A model generated the notes under the pieces. It saw only the letters and a program-made list of their open reading frames with translations. It was not told where the DNA came from and made no database searches. Source: Ginglymostoma cirratum (Eukaryota). Taken from it: 64,000 nucleotides of DNA. A program made the translations under genes and the position numbers. Positions 39,251 to 52,107 of the stretch are shown here, piece after piece (positions within the stretch are counted from its first letter, which is position 1; each line of letters begins with the position of its first letter). The stretch is taken from positions 40,260,998 to 40,324,997 of the forward strand of contig JAHRHZ010000016.1 in assembly GCA_024137785.1 (NCBI GenBank), in the 5' to 3' direction.

Positions 39251-41062
39251 GTTCCAGGTTCTGCAACACTAGAGGAAGGCAAACCTAGAATCACTTAATG
39301 CGTTGCCTGGTCCTGACTTGGACTCATTTGTTTCTTGCAAAATAAATACATTCCTGTTTTGGCAGAGAGCCTGATGGTAACTTTATCTGTGACAGAATGC
39401 TAGGGGCAAGAGAGCTGCTGCCTCAGCGTAGTTCAATTCAACAAATGTCATGATGACAATTCTTAATTTGTTCTGAGCCTACCAGGATAGAATAATCATC
39501 CTGTTCTCCCTGATAATATGTCATAAGTTATTTATAAACAATCTTTCTGGAAAATGTTTCTTGGATGGAGAAATGCATCAGTTGTAAGAACGTAACCAAT
39601 TTGCTTCGGTTAAAAGACTGACTTAATCTTCCAGCAATGTAGTAATGAATTACAGTGCATTACATGGAAGGTGAATAAATGCATATAACACAACTAAATC
39701 ATAACCCATGTCTGACACCTAGCTAGTAATGTTTGTTTGTTGTGAGCTACTGTTTAATCAATTTATCATTTAGCATGTCCCTCTGCACTTTTACTAGGCA
39801 TCTTGTGTAATTTGTCTCCAGTCAGGAAGCGCAAACACACTGGCAACTCATCCTCTCGCGCTTCTAATGTCAGTTTCCATCCATTGTTCAGCTGGAAATC
39901 AAACTGATTTTTTATAGCATATTGTAGTCCAACTGAAAAATCACCAGTAGGTAGGTTAACGGACAATATAGATGCAACAGCTGCACACAAAAGGTGAAAG
40001 AGTATGAATCAGATTGTCTGAGAAGACAACAACTGAATGAATGGACCAAGTATCATGCATAAAGTTTGTTGATGATGCACAGCTACAGGGGAAAGAATGA
40101 GGAGGCCACAAACATTGCAAAATGATAAGGCCCGAATATAAGTGTGGGGATTAAGATGTGCAAATAAACCATACTTATTTATTACAAAGTAGACTGCTCG
40201 CAAGCCATCTTGCTTTCTCATTTAGTAGTGTACAAAAACATGCTGCTGAGTGACTTCACACCTCACCAAGGAGCTCATGCCTTGCAAGGCTAGCACTATT
40301 CTAAGCCAGGCATTAGTTAAAGCAACTGTCTACACGTCTTAAAAGAGAAATACTTTCAGTCTGCAGCAGATACTGGAAGTGGCTGGGAAAGATTGTGTGT
40401 CTGAAAAATGGTTCAACATGACAGAAAGGTTGGTCCAAGGTTCTCTGACCTTGTGATGAGTGTCTTGGTGCAGGCAGTGGATTGGAGGAAAGAGGTTTGT
40501 TGTCCACAGGGGCTGAGATCTTCCAGGTAGACACCGAGTGGGTTCTGGGAGTAGATACCCATTGCTGTCAATGCAAGTGGTGTAGTTCCAAGGGCCAGGA
40601 TGGAATGCATAATTTTTAAAATAATTTTACATAAAAAGCCAAGATCATCATCAACATCATCTGTTGCCATATCCTTGTTAATTAACCATTAGCTTCACTA
40701 ACTGCTTAATTCACCACCTTATTGACATCTTCATTGTCCAGTAATGGTCTCTATCAACCATGGTTCATTCATGACATTCATAGCTTCACTTTACCCACAC
40801 GCACTTAGCAGATTTGCAAGTGTCACAACTACATTTCACAGCGTACCCGCACTGTCAACCATTTAACGGTAACAGATACATCAACCAAATACAGTGCATC
40901 GCGCCCACTGACATGCTTCGTCTTGAGCCACTGGGAAAACATTGATACATGAGACCTGCTACTCCAGAGATTGTCACAAGAGTTAAAGGTTTAATTAAAT
41001 TACTCAAAGCCCTCAATATCTGATGGACTCATTTAAGAGAAAGCCGACCAGGTTTCTGTACT

Positions 41063-41410
41063 TAGAATCATAGAATCCCTATAATGTAGAAATAGACCAT
41101 TCAGTCCAACAAGTCCACACTGCCCCTCCGAAGAGCATCCCACCTAGTTCCATCACCCCACGTTTTCCATGGCTAATCCACCTAATTTATACACCCTGGA
41201 CACTGCAGGCAATATAGAGGCCAATCCACTTAACCCAGACATTTATGATCGTGGCAGGAAACCAGAGCACCCGGCAGGAAACCAGAGCACCCAGCAGAAA
41301 CCCAGGCAGACTTGGCGAGAACATGCAAACTTCACACAGTCATCCAAGGGTGGAATCAAGCCTGGGTCCCTGGCACTGTGAGGCAGCAGTGCTAATCTCT
41401 GAGCCACCCG
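41063..41410 (-). mobile_element. HE1 SINE with an internal ~21-bp duplication
   Basis: tagaatcatagaatccct tail; ggcaggaaaccagagcaccc twice; head gggtccctggcactgtgaggcagcagtgctaa. Confidence 0.88.
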
Positions 41411-42087
41411 CTTGATGAGGAGTATTATTTAATACCAAGAAATCAGTTCTGAACACAGGAAAAAAAATTGATCTACTGATAACTTTACTAGTTCAGCACT
41501 ATGCCCTTCTGAAACTCTTTTACCCACATGTAGACAGACACAGGAAAAACAAACATAGATGTTATGGGTGAAGCAAAAGAAAATTAGGGGAATGCAGCTG
41601 AATAGCCACCTCTCTTTTTGCCCCATAGTTTCTTCGGACAGACTTGACGGACTGACATAGCCAACTTTCTGAACTGCAGAGGTACGGACCCCTGACTGAC
41701 TCCATCCTGATTGGATACCTGACCATGGCCAATCCTCTGGACTTGTATGGGATGCTGCCTTTGATTCACCATACTGCAATCCTGTGACTGATGGGTGCCT
41801 CCATGGATTCCAGTGAGGACTACTCTATTAAGAGTTGGATACGTGGCTGTCTGCTGGTTGCACACGTAATGAGTTTGTTGTATGAGCTTTAGCACATAGC
41901 TGGTGTGAGGTTAACGTAGCACACTGCCGTACAGCAAGATCTGCGCCCATAGACTGAGCACAGTTTAGCAGCAAGGCATGCTGGCTGGCTGTGTAACTAT
42001 ACTATTTGTCATGGCAAAGCAGGGATGTTATGAGTAAGCAGGTAGACACCAAGAGGGCAAGCATTAAGAGAACATGGAGCATTCCAG

Positions 42088-42215
42088 ATCAGTTCTGAGG
42101 ACCCGAAACACTAACTCTGTTTTCTCCTTCACAGATGCTGCCAGACCCGCTGAGCTTTGCCAGCAACTTTGTTTTTGTTCCTGATTTACAGAATCTGCAG
42201 TTCTTTTGGTTTTTA
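42088..42215 (+). mobile_element. PLE family 2 pLTR, HHR stem II deleted
   Basis: cagttctgaggacccgaaacactaactctg...agatgctgccagacccgctgagc...atctgcagttc. Confidence 0.75.
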
Positions 42216-44029
42216 CAAAATGGAATGAGATGTTTGGGACATTGAGATGCGCCTTGCCACACCTGTTATTCAGTTTTGCCACACACCTGACCATAGCGCA
42301 TGCCACTCAGACTCCAGTAAGATTCTGTCCTTGGTTTGCAATGGGTCCTTTAAAGACCTCCCTTTGGACAAATTGCGGAGTCAGTTTTCTTGCTTACAGA
42401 GCACCCAGCAGGTACAAGGGCTTTATTTGCATATAAAGAGATTACCATACCTACTCCAGATGTGTGGGGATGTAAATGCATTTACGGCTCTGGTGAGTGA
42501 CGTTTGAGTGTGACTTTAATGTATGTGCACTAAATATGCATACTGCAATCAAATATCCAGGCATTTACCTTTTAGAGGTTAAACTATTGCTGTTCCTGAC
42601 ATCTACTGCTGCAGCTAGGAGAAAACAATAATGAAGCTGATTTTTATTGCTTCACGTTTAAGCAGTGAATGTCAAAGTTGCGGTGAAGAGCTTTTGGTAA
42701 AATGTAAACCTCCCATGAAGTGTAATTTATGATAATGAATTTGTCCTTGTATTGAGGTACTGTGGAAATGAGGTTAGCCTGCTATGTGCTCGGTCCCACA
42801 GGAACATTATTTCTATGCTTGGCTGGGTCTAATTAATTTGCAAGTCCTGGGTAATTCACTTATTTTACTTGTGGATGCCTGTAAAATAATTCAAAAAATT
42901 AAAAAGATGAAGTAGTAACTCACATAACAAGTGTTTCACATGACTAAAAGGATTTTGAATCAAGTTCAAAATCAATAAAGTTCTTCATCACCCACATAGG
43001 CATAAATTAATCAAATTTGTCAATAATTAGAGGAGAAAAGATTAAAAAAGTAAACACAAAAGGCAATGACATTGATCCTACATTGCAAGCAGCTTTCTTA
43101 AACTATTACAAAACATTTTAATAGCAAGCTGTTTGGATTGAATTTCCATTGAATGTTAATTTATTATGTACTGGGATTGGTGAAGGGCAACAGGGCATCC
43201 AAAAGCAATTGTGATTAACATCTCTTTTATTCATTCAAAGTGCAACGTCTTCCCTCCTTTTTTACATAGCTGAGGTAGTAAGAAGCACAGAAGTCCACGA
43301 TCAGGAACAGTGATGGTAATTATTTTGAAATATTTTGAACTGAGTCTGGGATCACTCTTGGGCAGTCCATGCATCCTTTCTTAAATTTCTTCAGATACAA
43401 AATTTAGTACTAAGTGGCTCTTTTAAAAAGAAACAAAGTATGATTTCAATCTGAACTCAGGAAGTGGAAATATTTGAATATTGGTGATGAGAAGTGTTGC
43501 AAAGTTGGGTAGAGTACTTCTGGATTGGAAGGTAGGACATTGGAATTTGGTGTTTGTAAAATACTGATCTTTATAAAATGATTGGTGGAAAGCAATGTGT
43601 GGTCCCTTTAAAAGATGATGCGCATTTTCTAGGCTTGGAGATTTTAAAAAAAGTCCGTGGGCAGCTTATGAGTTTGTAGGCGCACAGAGCATCTGAATTG
43701 TAATATTTGTATCAACAGGCTGTATAGTTAGCAGGCCAAACTGCAGTTTTGTTTTGTTATCAAGACACCCAGTTCTGATTTAGCCAATTAATTTAAACCA
43801 GGCACTTAAATACTAAAAACTAATTAAATTTAAATATGATGGTTTTGGCAACATAAGACCAATCCTTTTGTAACAAATTAATATGTCATCAAGGATGTAA
43901 AAGATGCAGTTGCAAAATTGGCAGAGGGTGAACTGCCATCTGCTAAGAGATCAGCTCTTAGGGAAGGCATCATCTAAATAAAGGTACCGCGGCACACTTA
44001 GTTAATATTCCTGACAGAAGAATTTGACA

Positions 44030-44198
44030 GAGATTCATTTAAGATGCGTCTGGACAGATGCATGGGTGGGTGGGGAGCAGAGGGATACAGATCCTTAGGA
44101 ATTGGGTGATAGGTTTAGACAGTGGATTTGGATTGGCACAGGCTTGGAAGGCCGAACGGCCTGTTCCTGGGCTGTAAGTTTTCTTTGTTCTTTGTTCT
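44030..44198 (+). mobile_element. CR1 3' end, same family as the 47200 element
   Basis: ggagcagagggatacagatcctt...ggcctgttcctgggctgtaagttttctttgttctttgttct; ttcctgacaga at 44008-44018 and 44205-44215 may be a TSD. Confidence 0.85.
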
Positions 44199-44349
44199 AA
44201 GGTGTTCCTGACAGAGGATCAATGGAGAAGACACTAAACATTTTGGAAGATGTAACCTGGCTGCAATTTTGAGAGACAATGTTCTAATTTTTTTTGGTTT
44301 ATGTAAGTGTGACTTGTATTTATTAGAACAGAGTACCATTAGAATTTTG

Positions 44350-44449
44350 GAGATAACACAGTGTGAAGCTGGAGGAACACAGCAGGCCAGGCAGCATCAG
44401 AGGAGCAGGATGCTCCTTTTGGTCTGATTCATCAGCAGTTCTTATGATC
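44350..44449. mobile_element. 100-bp PLE fold-back unit (older subfamily) with 15-bp TSD
   Basis: Minus-strand pLTR arm gagataacacagtgtg...aggagcagga, then plus-strand tgctcct...gcagttctt..atc; TSD accattagaattttg at 44335-44349 and 44450-44464. Confidence 0.8.
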
Positions 44450-44914
44450 ACCATTAGAATTTTGTTTTATTTGGAAATAATTAGTAGTTAGAGGGGAATT
44501 GTTTGGTTTGTTAATAGTTCAATTAATTTGTTCACTGTTAGAGTTAGATAAATAAATTGTTACTTGTTGATTATAGAGTGAGTGTCAGGAGTTTCTTTCA
44601 TTTAACCACTCCTTTGAAAAAGATTGGGGGTGAGCGACAGGTTATTACCACTCTTCACACTTCTTTTAACAGATTATGGGATAAGGGTCTGGGCACCTCT
44701 CTGGGTGTTTCAGTTTTAGTTATCAGAGTGGGGTCAACCTCTATAACATGAAGAGAATGGCCCTGAGGTATGTCTTGAGTGGATAGATAGATGCTCTGAA
44801 CTGGCAAAACTAAATAGTAGTTCATGGAAGTGTTTTGTGATAAATGTCAATAACTAAAGACCAGCAGACTGCCTGAATTGCTGTTATGATAAATAATGAA
44901 CATTCAAATATAAA

Positions 44915-46090
44915 AACATATGAATTAGGAATAAAACTGTGCTCTTTGGCACCTCATGCCTGTCCCACCTTTCAATAATATCATGGTGGATCTGTTTTGT
45001 CTTGATTCCTATCTACCATCAACAACGTCATGATTCAATTGCCTAAAAACAATCCTTTCATCTGAAAATTATTCTGTCTCCGTAATTCTTTGAGGCAAAG
45101 ATGTCCAAATTTGCACAAGTCTCTAGGAGAGGAAAAAGGTTTTCCTCGTCTCAACCACAACTTTGAAGCACTCACTCCCCACTCCTCCCTCACCTACCTT
45201 AGGAAGCACCCTTTTATTGTCCACCTTGTCAAGACCATTTAGGATTGTATACTTCAATCAAGCCTTCTAAACTCCAGCAGAAACAAACTGAGTCTGTCCA
45301 ACCTTCCCTTATAAGGCACCCTGCTCCATCCATGGATCAATCTAGTAAATCTCCTCTGAACTGTCCTGAAACTAGGAGACCAAAACTATACACTATCTTA
45401 GAAATGTAATCTCACTGAAGCTCTGTATAATTGAAGAACAACTTCCTTACCTTTGTGTTCAATTCCTCTCATAATTAAGGATAACATTACACTTGCCTTC
45501 TTAATTACTTGCTATATTTGTAGGTAAGTATTTTGTGACTCATGTACAAGAACAACTAGACCCCTCTGCAACTCAGAATCCTGTAGTCTTTCTCCATATT
45601 AAATGATATACTGATCTTTTGTTGTTCCTGCCACATTACATGCCGTCTGCCATATATTTGCCCAATCACTCAACCTGTCTATATCAGTAGGCAACCTCCT
45701 TTTGTCATCATGGCATACTTTCCTTTTTATTTTTGAGTCATCTGCAAATTTAGCCGCCATGACTTTGCTCCCTTTATCTAAGTCATTGATGTAAATTGTA
45801 AAATGCTGAGGCCCCAGCGCAGACTGCTGAGGGATTCCACTCGATATCTCCTGTCAATCAGAAAAAGACACATTTGTTCACACTCTCTGCTAGCCAACCA
45901 AGCTTCTATCTGTGCTAGTATCCCTGCACCACGAGCTTCCACATTGCATCATTTTAGGTGGCGCCTTGTAAAACGCTTTATGGAAATCCAAGTACAGAAT
46001 ATCAATGGGCTCCCTTTAATCCAATGTTTTACTTCTTCAAAAAGAACCAATAAATTGGTTAAATATGATTTCCCACCATATTAAAACCAT
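44915..46090 (-). mobile_element. CR1-type LINE, RT to 3' end, old
   Basis: Reverse strand tcatctgcaaattt (KFADD), ggccccagcgcagac (GSVLGP-like), ggaaatccaagtaca (YLDF). Confidence 0.8.
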
Positions 46091-46199
46091 AAAAATGACT
46101 TGAAGGACTGTTGAAGGAGTCTTGGTTCTGGAATTCAGATAAGTGGGCTGTCAATTTATTTACTGCTGAGATCCTGGTGCGAAAATGTTTGGTCTGATG

Positions 46200-47030
46200 C
46201 TTTACTGCTGGAAAGCTTTGAGGCAGTCTGCTTATATGGCACCTGATGCTGTATAACCCAAGTGAAACCTAGTAGATTGGCACAGGTTTGAGCTGTGATT
46301 GATATTAGGAGAGCTAATGTCACTGAATTTTAGGTTGAGGGCTGAGCAATGGCATTGATAGAAGTGGTCTCACTCAATGATAGGTTGCAATGTTGTTTGA
46401 GGTTAGAACGTCACACAAGTTGGCCTCAGGCTCCTCCATGTTCTCAGACATGCAGACCAAGCTGTCCAATGCTTTTTGAAGTTCCACTTGTGTAGAAAAC
46501 AACTTCCTCTTGATGGTTGATCCCTGAAAGACATCACTTCTTTCATCCTCATCAAAGCCAGAACCTGAGCTTGCCCTCCACATTCCTGGACTGTCTGTTC
46601 CACAAATCACTCCCCCTGCACTTTTGTGCTCTGTGATTTATGAAATGCAGACCTGTCTAACTTGCTACCCATCCCAATTTCTGTGTTGGTAAGTGACAGG
46701 AATGAACAAACACTTTTTCAGGAGTGCCCTCCTGGAATAACTGGAGATGGTCAATGGCTAGCACAGATGGGCAATGCAGAGCATAGCCTCCAGCTTTACT
46801 GTCAGTATTCATCGTTGGCATGATGATCTCCATAGCTTGCTCCTGCGTCTGGGTGAGGGTTTGGATGGAGGTTGGTCATCTGTTTCTCTTCTGGATGTTG
46901 TGAATTACATTCCTGAAGAAGAGGAAGGAGAGAATCACTCAGTGTGTGTTGAGCAGGGTTATGCAAAGACCTGGGTCAGCTTAATATGGTCTCTATGTCA
47001 AGGCGGTGAAGCAGTAAATTGAAAGCAGGG
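46200..47030 (-). mobile_element. Possible Harbinger accessory (Myb-associated) gene remnant
   Basis: Low-complexity and coiled-coil peptide STIKRKLFSTQVELQKALDSLVCMSENMEEPEANL; weak family resemblance only. Confidence 0.3.
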
Positions 47031-47044
47031 AAGGAGCGTAGTCA

Positions 47045-50000
47045 GAGATAAAAGGTACTGCAGATGCTGGAGAATCCAAGATAACAAGCATGGGGCTGGA
47101 TGAACACAGCAGGTCAAGCAGCATGAGAGGAGCAGGAAAGTTGATTTTTCAGGTCGGGACCCTTCTTCAGAAATGGGGAGGGGGAAGGGAGCTGGGGAAT
47201 AAGAACAAAAGAACAAAGAAAACTACAGCACAGGAACTGGCCCTTCGGCCCTCCAAGCCTGTGCTGATCCAGATCTTCTATCTAAACCTGTTGCCTATTT
47301 TCCAAGGATCTGTATCCTTCTGCTCCCTGCCCGTTCATGTATCTGTCTAGATATGTCTTAAATGACGCTATCGTGCCCGCCTCTACCACCTCCGCTGGCA
47401 ATGCGTTCCAGGCACCCACCACCCTCTGTGTAAAGAACTTTCCACGCATATCTCCCTTAAACTTTTCCCCTCTCACCTTGAAATTGTGACCCCTAGTAAT
47501 TGAATCCCACACTCCGGGAAAAAGCTTTTGCTATGCACTCTGTCTATACCTCTCATGATTTTGTAGACCTCAATCAGGGCCCCCCTCAACCTCCATCTTT
47601 CTAATGTAAATAATCCTAATCTACTCAACCTCTCTTCATAGCTAGCGCCCTCCATAACAGGCAACATCCTGGTCAACCTCCTCTGCACCCTCTCCAAAGC
47701 ATCCACATCTGTTTGGTAATGTGGCAACCAGAACTGTACGCAGTATTCCAAATGCGGTCGAACCAATATCCTATACAACTGTAACATGACCTGCCAACTC
47801 TTGTACTCTATACCCCGTCTGATGAATGGAAGTATGCCCATTTTCTTCCAAATGTAAATAGATCCTATCCCTCAGTATCTTCTCCAGCAGCTTCCCCACC
47901 ACTGACGTCAGGCTCACCGGTCTATAATTTCCTGGATTATCATTGCTACTCTTCTTAAACAAGGGGACAACATTAGCAATTCTCCAGTCCTCCTGGACCT
48001 CACCTGTGCTCAAGGATGCTGCAAAGATATCTGTTCAGGCCCCAGCTATTTCCTCTCTCGCTTCCCTCAGTAACCTGGGATAGATCCCATCCGGACCTGG
48101 GGAGTTGTCCACCGCAATGCCTTTTAGAATACCCAACACTTCCCCCCTCCTTACGCCGACTTGACCTAGAGTAATCAAACATCTATCCCTAACCTCAACA
48201 TCCGTTACATCCCTCTCCTCAGTGAATACGGACGCAAAGTACTCATTAAGAATGTCACTCATTTTCTCTGACTCCTCGCATAACTTCCCTCCTTTGTCCT
48301 TGAGTGGGCCAACCCTTTCTCTAGTTATCCTCTTGCTCCTTAATTGCGAATAAAAGACTTTGGGATTTTCCTTAACCCTGTTTGCTAAAGATATTTCCTG
48401 ACCCCTTTTAGCCCTCTAAATTCCTCATTTCAGATTGGTCCTACTTTCCCAATATTCTTCCATAGCTTTGTCTGTTTTCAGTCGCCTAGACCTTATCTAT
48501 GCTTCCTTTTTCCTCTTTGCTAGTCTCACAATTTCACCTGTCATCCATGGTTCTGTAATCTTTCACTTTTTATCCCTCATTTTCACAAGGACATGTCTGT
48601 CCTGCACTCTAATCAACCTCTCTTTAAAAGCCTCCCACATATCAAATGTGGATTTACCTTCAAACAGCTGCTTCCAATCCACATTCCCCAGCTCCTGCCG
48701 AATTTTGCTATAGTTGGCGTTCCCCCAATTTAGCAGTCTTCCTTTAGGACCACTCTCGTCTTTGTCCATCAATATTGTAAAACTTATGGAATTGTGATCT
48801 CTATTCCCAAAGTAATCCCCAACTGAAACTTCAACCACCTGGCCGGGCTCATTCCCCAACACCAGGTCCAGTATGGCCCCTTCCCGAGTTGGACTATTTA
48901 CATACTGCTCTATAAAACCCTCCTGGATGCTCCTCAAAAATTCTGCTCCATCTAAACCCCTAACACTAAGTGAATCCCAGTCAATGTTTTGAAAATTAAA
49001 ATCTCCCATCACCACCATCCTATTGCTCCTACATCTTTCCATAATCTGTCTGCATACTTGTACCTCTATCTCACGCTCGCTGTTGGGAGGCCTGTAGTAC
49101 AGCCCCAACATCGTTACCGCACCTTTCCTTTTTCTCAGCTCTGCCCATATTGCCTCACTGCTCGAGTCCTCCATTGTGCCCTCCTTCAGCACAGCTGTGA
49201 TATCCTCTTTGACCAGTAATGCAACTCTACCCCTTTTACCTCCATCTCTATCCCACCTGAAGCATCTATATCCTGGGATATTTAGTTGCCAATCTTACTC
49301 TTCCCTCAACCAAGTCTCAGTAATAGCAATAACATCATACTCCCAGGTACCAACCCAAGCCCTAAGTTCATCTGCCTTACCTACTACACTTCTCGCATTA
49401 AAACAAATGCACCTCAGACCACCTGTCCCTCTGTGTCCATCATCTGATCTCTGCCTACTCTTCCCCTTAGTCACACTGTCTTCATTATCTAGTTCCTTAC
49501 AGGCTTTAGTTAGTACCTCCTTACTGTCCACTATCCTCCTCATTTGATTCCCATCCTCCTGCCACATTAGTTTAAACCCTCCTCAACAGCGTTAGCAAAA
49601 CCACCCCCTAGGACTTTGGTTCCAGTCTTGCCCAGGAGTAGACCGTCTGATTTGTAATAGTCCCACCATCATGTGGTCTAACAACAGCTGCAGCTGGACA
49701 CACTTCCTGCACTTGTACGAGTCAGAGACATCAGCCGCGTCCCTGAGCTTCCACATTGAGCAAGAGGAGCATAACACGGGTCTGGGATCTCCTGCCATTT
49801 TTACTCTTAAGCTTAGCTTAGTCCTACTATAATATCAAATAATAGATAAATGAAATGAAAAAACTTTTACCAATCACGCTACATACCAGCACACGATAAA
49901 AAAAAGAGAGAGGGAAGGTGTGGGTTTGGGGAAGGTAGGTGGGATGGTGATAGGTGAGTGCGGGTAGTGAGTGGTGGGGATTGGTCAGTGGGATGGGTGG

Positions 50001-50776
50001 GGCAGATAGATGGGAGAGAAGATGGACAAGTTGTGTCAGGTCAAGGAGGTGGGAATGAGAGGGAGTGTTGGACATGGGATGAGGCCGGGGGTGGGGAGAT
50101 TTTAAAACTGGTGAATTCTATGTTTGGGCCATCGGGCTGTAGGCTCCCGAGGCAGAATATGAGGTGCTGCTCCTCCAGTTGCACGTAGTGTCGTTGTGAC
50201 ACTGGAGAACGCCTGGGATGGACATGTCATCCAGGGAATGGGAGGGGGAGTTAAAATGGTTCGCAACCGGAAGGTGTTGTCGTTTGTTGTGTACATCGCG
50301 TAGATGCTCTACAAAATGGTCTCCAAGTCTATGCTTGGTCTCACCAATGTAGAGGAGGCCACGTCGAGAGCAATGGATACAGTCGACCGAGTTTAGGGAT
50401 GAACAGGTGAACCCCTGTCCAATGAAAGGTTTGTTTTGGGCCTTGAATGGAGGTGAGGGGAGAGGTGTAGGGGCAGGTGTAGCACTTCCTGTGGTTGCAG
50501 GGAAAGGTGCCGTGGGTAGTGGGGTTAGTGGAGAGTTTTGAGTGGATGAGGGAGTCATGGAGAGAGCAGTCCCTACGGAAGGCAGATAGGAGTGGAAAGG
50601 AGAATATCTCTTTGCTTGTGGGGTCAGAATGTAGGTGGCAGAAGTGGCAGAGAATGATACGTTGGATGTGGAGGTTGGTGGAGTGATATGTGAGGACAAG
50701 GGGGATTCTGTCTTTATTTTTGTTGTGGTGAGCTCCACACTGTGTTATCTCTGACTCCAGCATCTGCAGTTCTTCC
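47045..50776 (-). mobile_element. PLE (GIY-YIG end) with inverted pLTR stub and 13-bp TSD, split by a CR1 insertion
   Basis: IHCSRRGLLYIGETKHRLGDHFVEHLRDV...PVANHFNSPSHSLDD; RIPLVLTYH. TSD aggagc(g/a)tagtca at 47032-47044 and 50777-50789. Minus-strand HHR ttctgaagaagggtcccgacctgaaa at ~47145-47172. Confidence 0.9.
47200..49890 (-). mobile_element. Near full-length CR1 LINE (5'UTR, ORF1 remnant, EN, partial RT, 3' tail) with two internal deletions
   Basis: ORF1 zinc finger CSSCSMW...CRKC; esterase tail YYKSDGLLLGKTGTKVL; APE endonuclease FNARS, ITETW, YRPP, MGDFN, LDLVL, DH; RT flanks NYRPVSLTSVVGK and VRPHLEYCVQFW; (ttctttg)n tail. Confidence 0.93.
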
Positions 50777-50966
50777 AGGAGCATAGTCATGTTTTTCAAA
50801 TGGGATATTTACTATATACTACGTTCTTGTTTTATATTTTATATTTATATTCTAATGTGATTCTACTTTGACGAACCTCACATTTTTAAAAAAAATCAAT
50901 TTTGTGTTTTCTTTCATGAAGTTCCCTTTAAACCCAGAGGGAAGTTAAGTTCTGGGGAAACAATTT

Positions 50967-51707
50967 GGGTGGAATCTTATAAGGGTCTGAGTGACAGGGA
51001 CTGTTGTGAGATGTGTGACAGAATTAAACACCGTGTGGTGAGGTCTATCTCAACTTTGAGATTGTCTCACTTCATCTTTCATACCTATCACAAATCACAT
51101 GGCATGATTCTTGTTGGGTAGGAGCAAGAAGCCAATTAACAGTAATTATTGCCCGTTGAATGCTTTGTTAATGCCACAATGTGCCTTATTCATACTCAGA
51201 CTTCAGGAGAAGTACATTGACCTTCTTCTTATACTGTTGGTTTTCCTGCAGATGACTGATTCTGTCTTACCACAGGTGGCAACCTCAGACCAGACTGGCA
51301 TGGTCTGATGTCATGGCCTCCACAGATGGTCCCGGGGAAGAACGATATCCCCCATGTAAAACACCCCATCTAGTGGGACCGTCCAGTTTCTACCCACCAG
51401 ACAGGCTTGTAATTTAACATAGTTTACCATGTCCATAGCAAATGTCAGCATCTGCAGGAGCTTTTAAAGGTGGCACAGGTGCAAGGGATGCCAATGAATG
51501 CTGGGATATTGGCTGAGTGGTGACTCATTCTGGGAATGGCACGTGGTAATTGGATGTGAGAAATGCTTTAGGTGTATAGTAGGTAATTAATAAGGCCAGC
51601 TTGGTCTAAGATAAGATGACAACAGGTCATGAGGTTTTATGGCAACAAACGTTCCAAACAACTGGATGAAATTTGGACTTAGCCAATAAAAAATTTAGAT
51701 TCAGCTC
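50967..51707. mobile_element. Non-autonomous Harbinger-like TIR element, degenerate
   Basis: Imperfect TIRs gggtggaatctta ... tagattcagctc, flanked by ttt/ttt. Confidence 0.4.
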
Positions 51708-51985
51708 TTTATAACCAGAATTGCTAGCTTGAGATCACATCTGAGAAATGTTCATGTGGCCTAACTTGTTATGGAGATGAGAGACAAAAAGAGAAAAATC
51801 ATACAGACAAGCAACTGGGACTAAGGTTGTAGCTTGAGTTATAAGCAGGAAACAAAGAGATTCTCACAGAAACTCTGGTGGTAGAAGAAGTAAAACTCAC
51901 AGAAAAGGGTATTTTCTGTTCAGTAGTAAAGATCACTGGGAGATGAAGCAAAACTTTCTATCAGACCTGACTAGGCTATTAGTGG

Positions 51986-52107
51986 AGAAGAAGGGTCCCA
52001 ACCCGAAACATTAGCTTTCCTGCTCCTCTGCTGCCTGGCCTGCTGTGTTCCTCCAGCTCCACACTGTGTTATCTCAGACTCCAGCATCCGCAGTTCTTGC
52101 TATCTTT
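51986..52107 (+). mobile_element. 122-bp solo PLE pLTR starting inside the HHR core, 14-bp TSD
   Basis: gaagaagggtcccaacccGAAAcattagc...gcagttcttgctatct; TSD taggctattagtgg at 51972-51985 and 52108-52121. Confidence 0.88.

Larger units (their letters stand above)
43560..44748 (+). mobile_element. Probable solo LTR hosting CR1 and PLE insertions
   Basis: Ends ...cagagtggggtcaacctctataaca; left boundary approximate. Confidence 0.35.
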
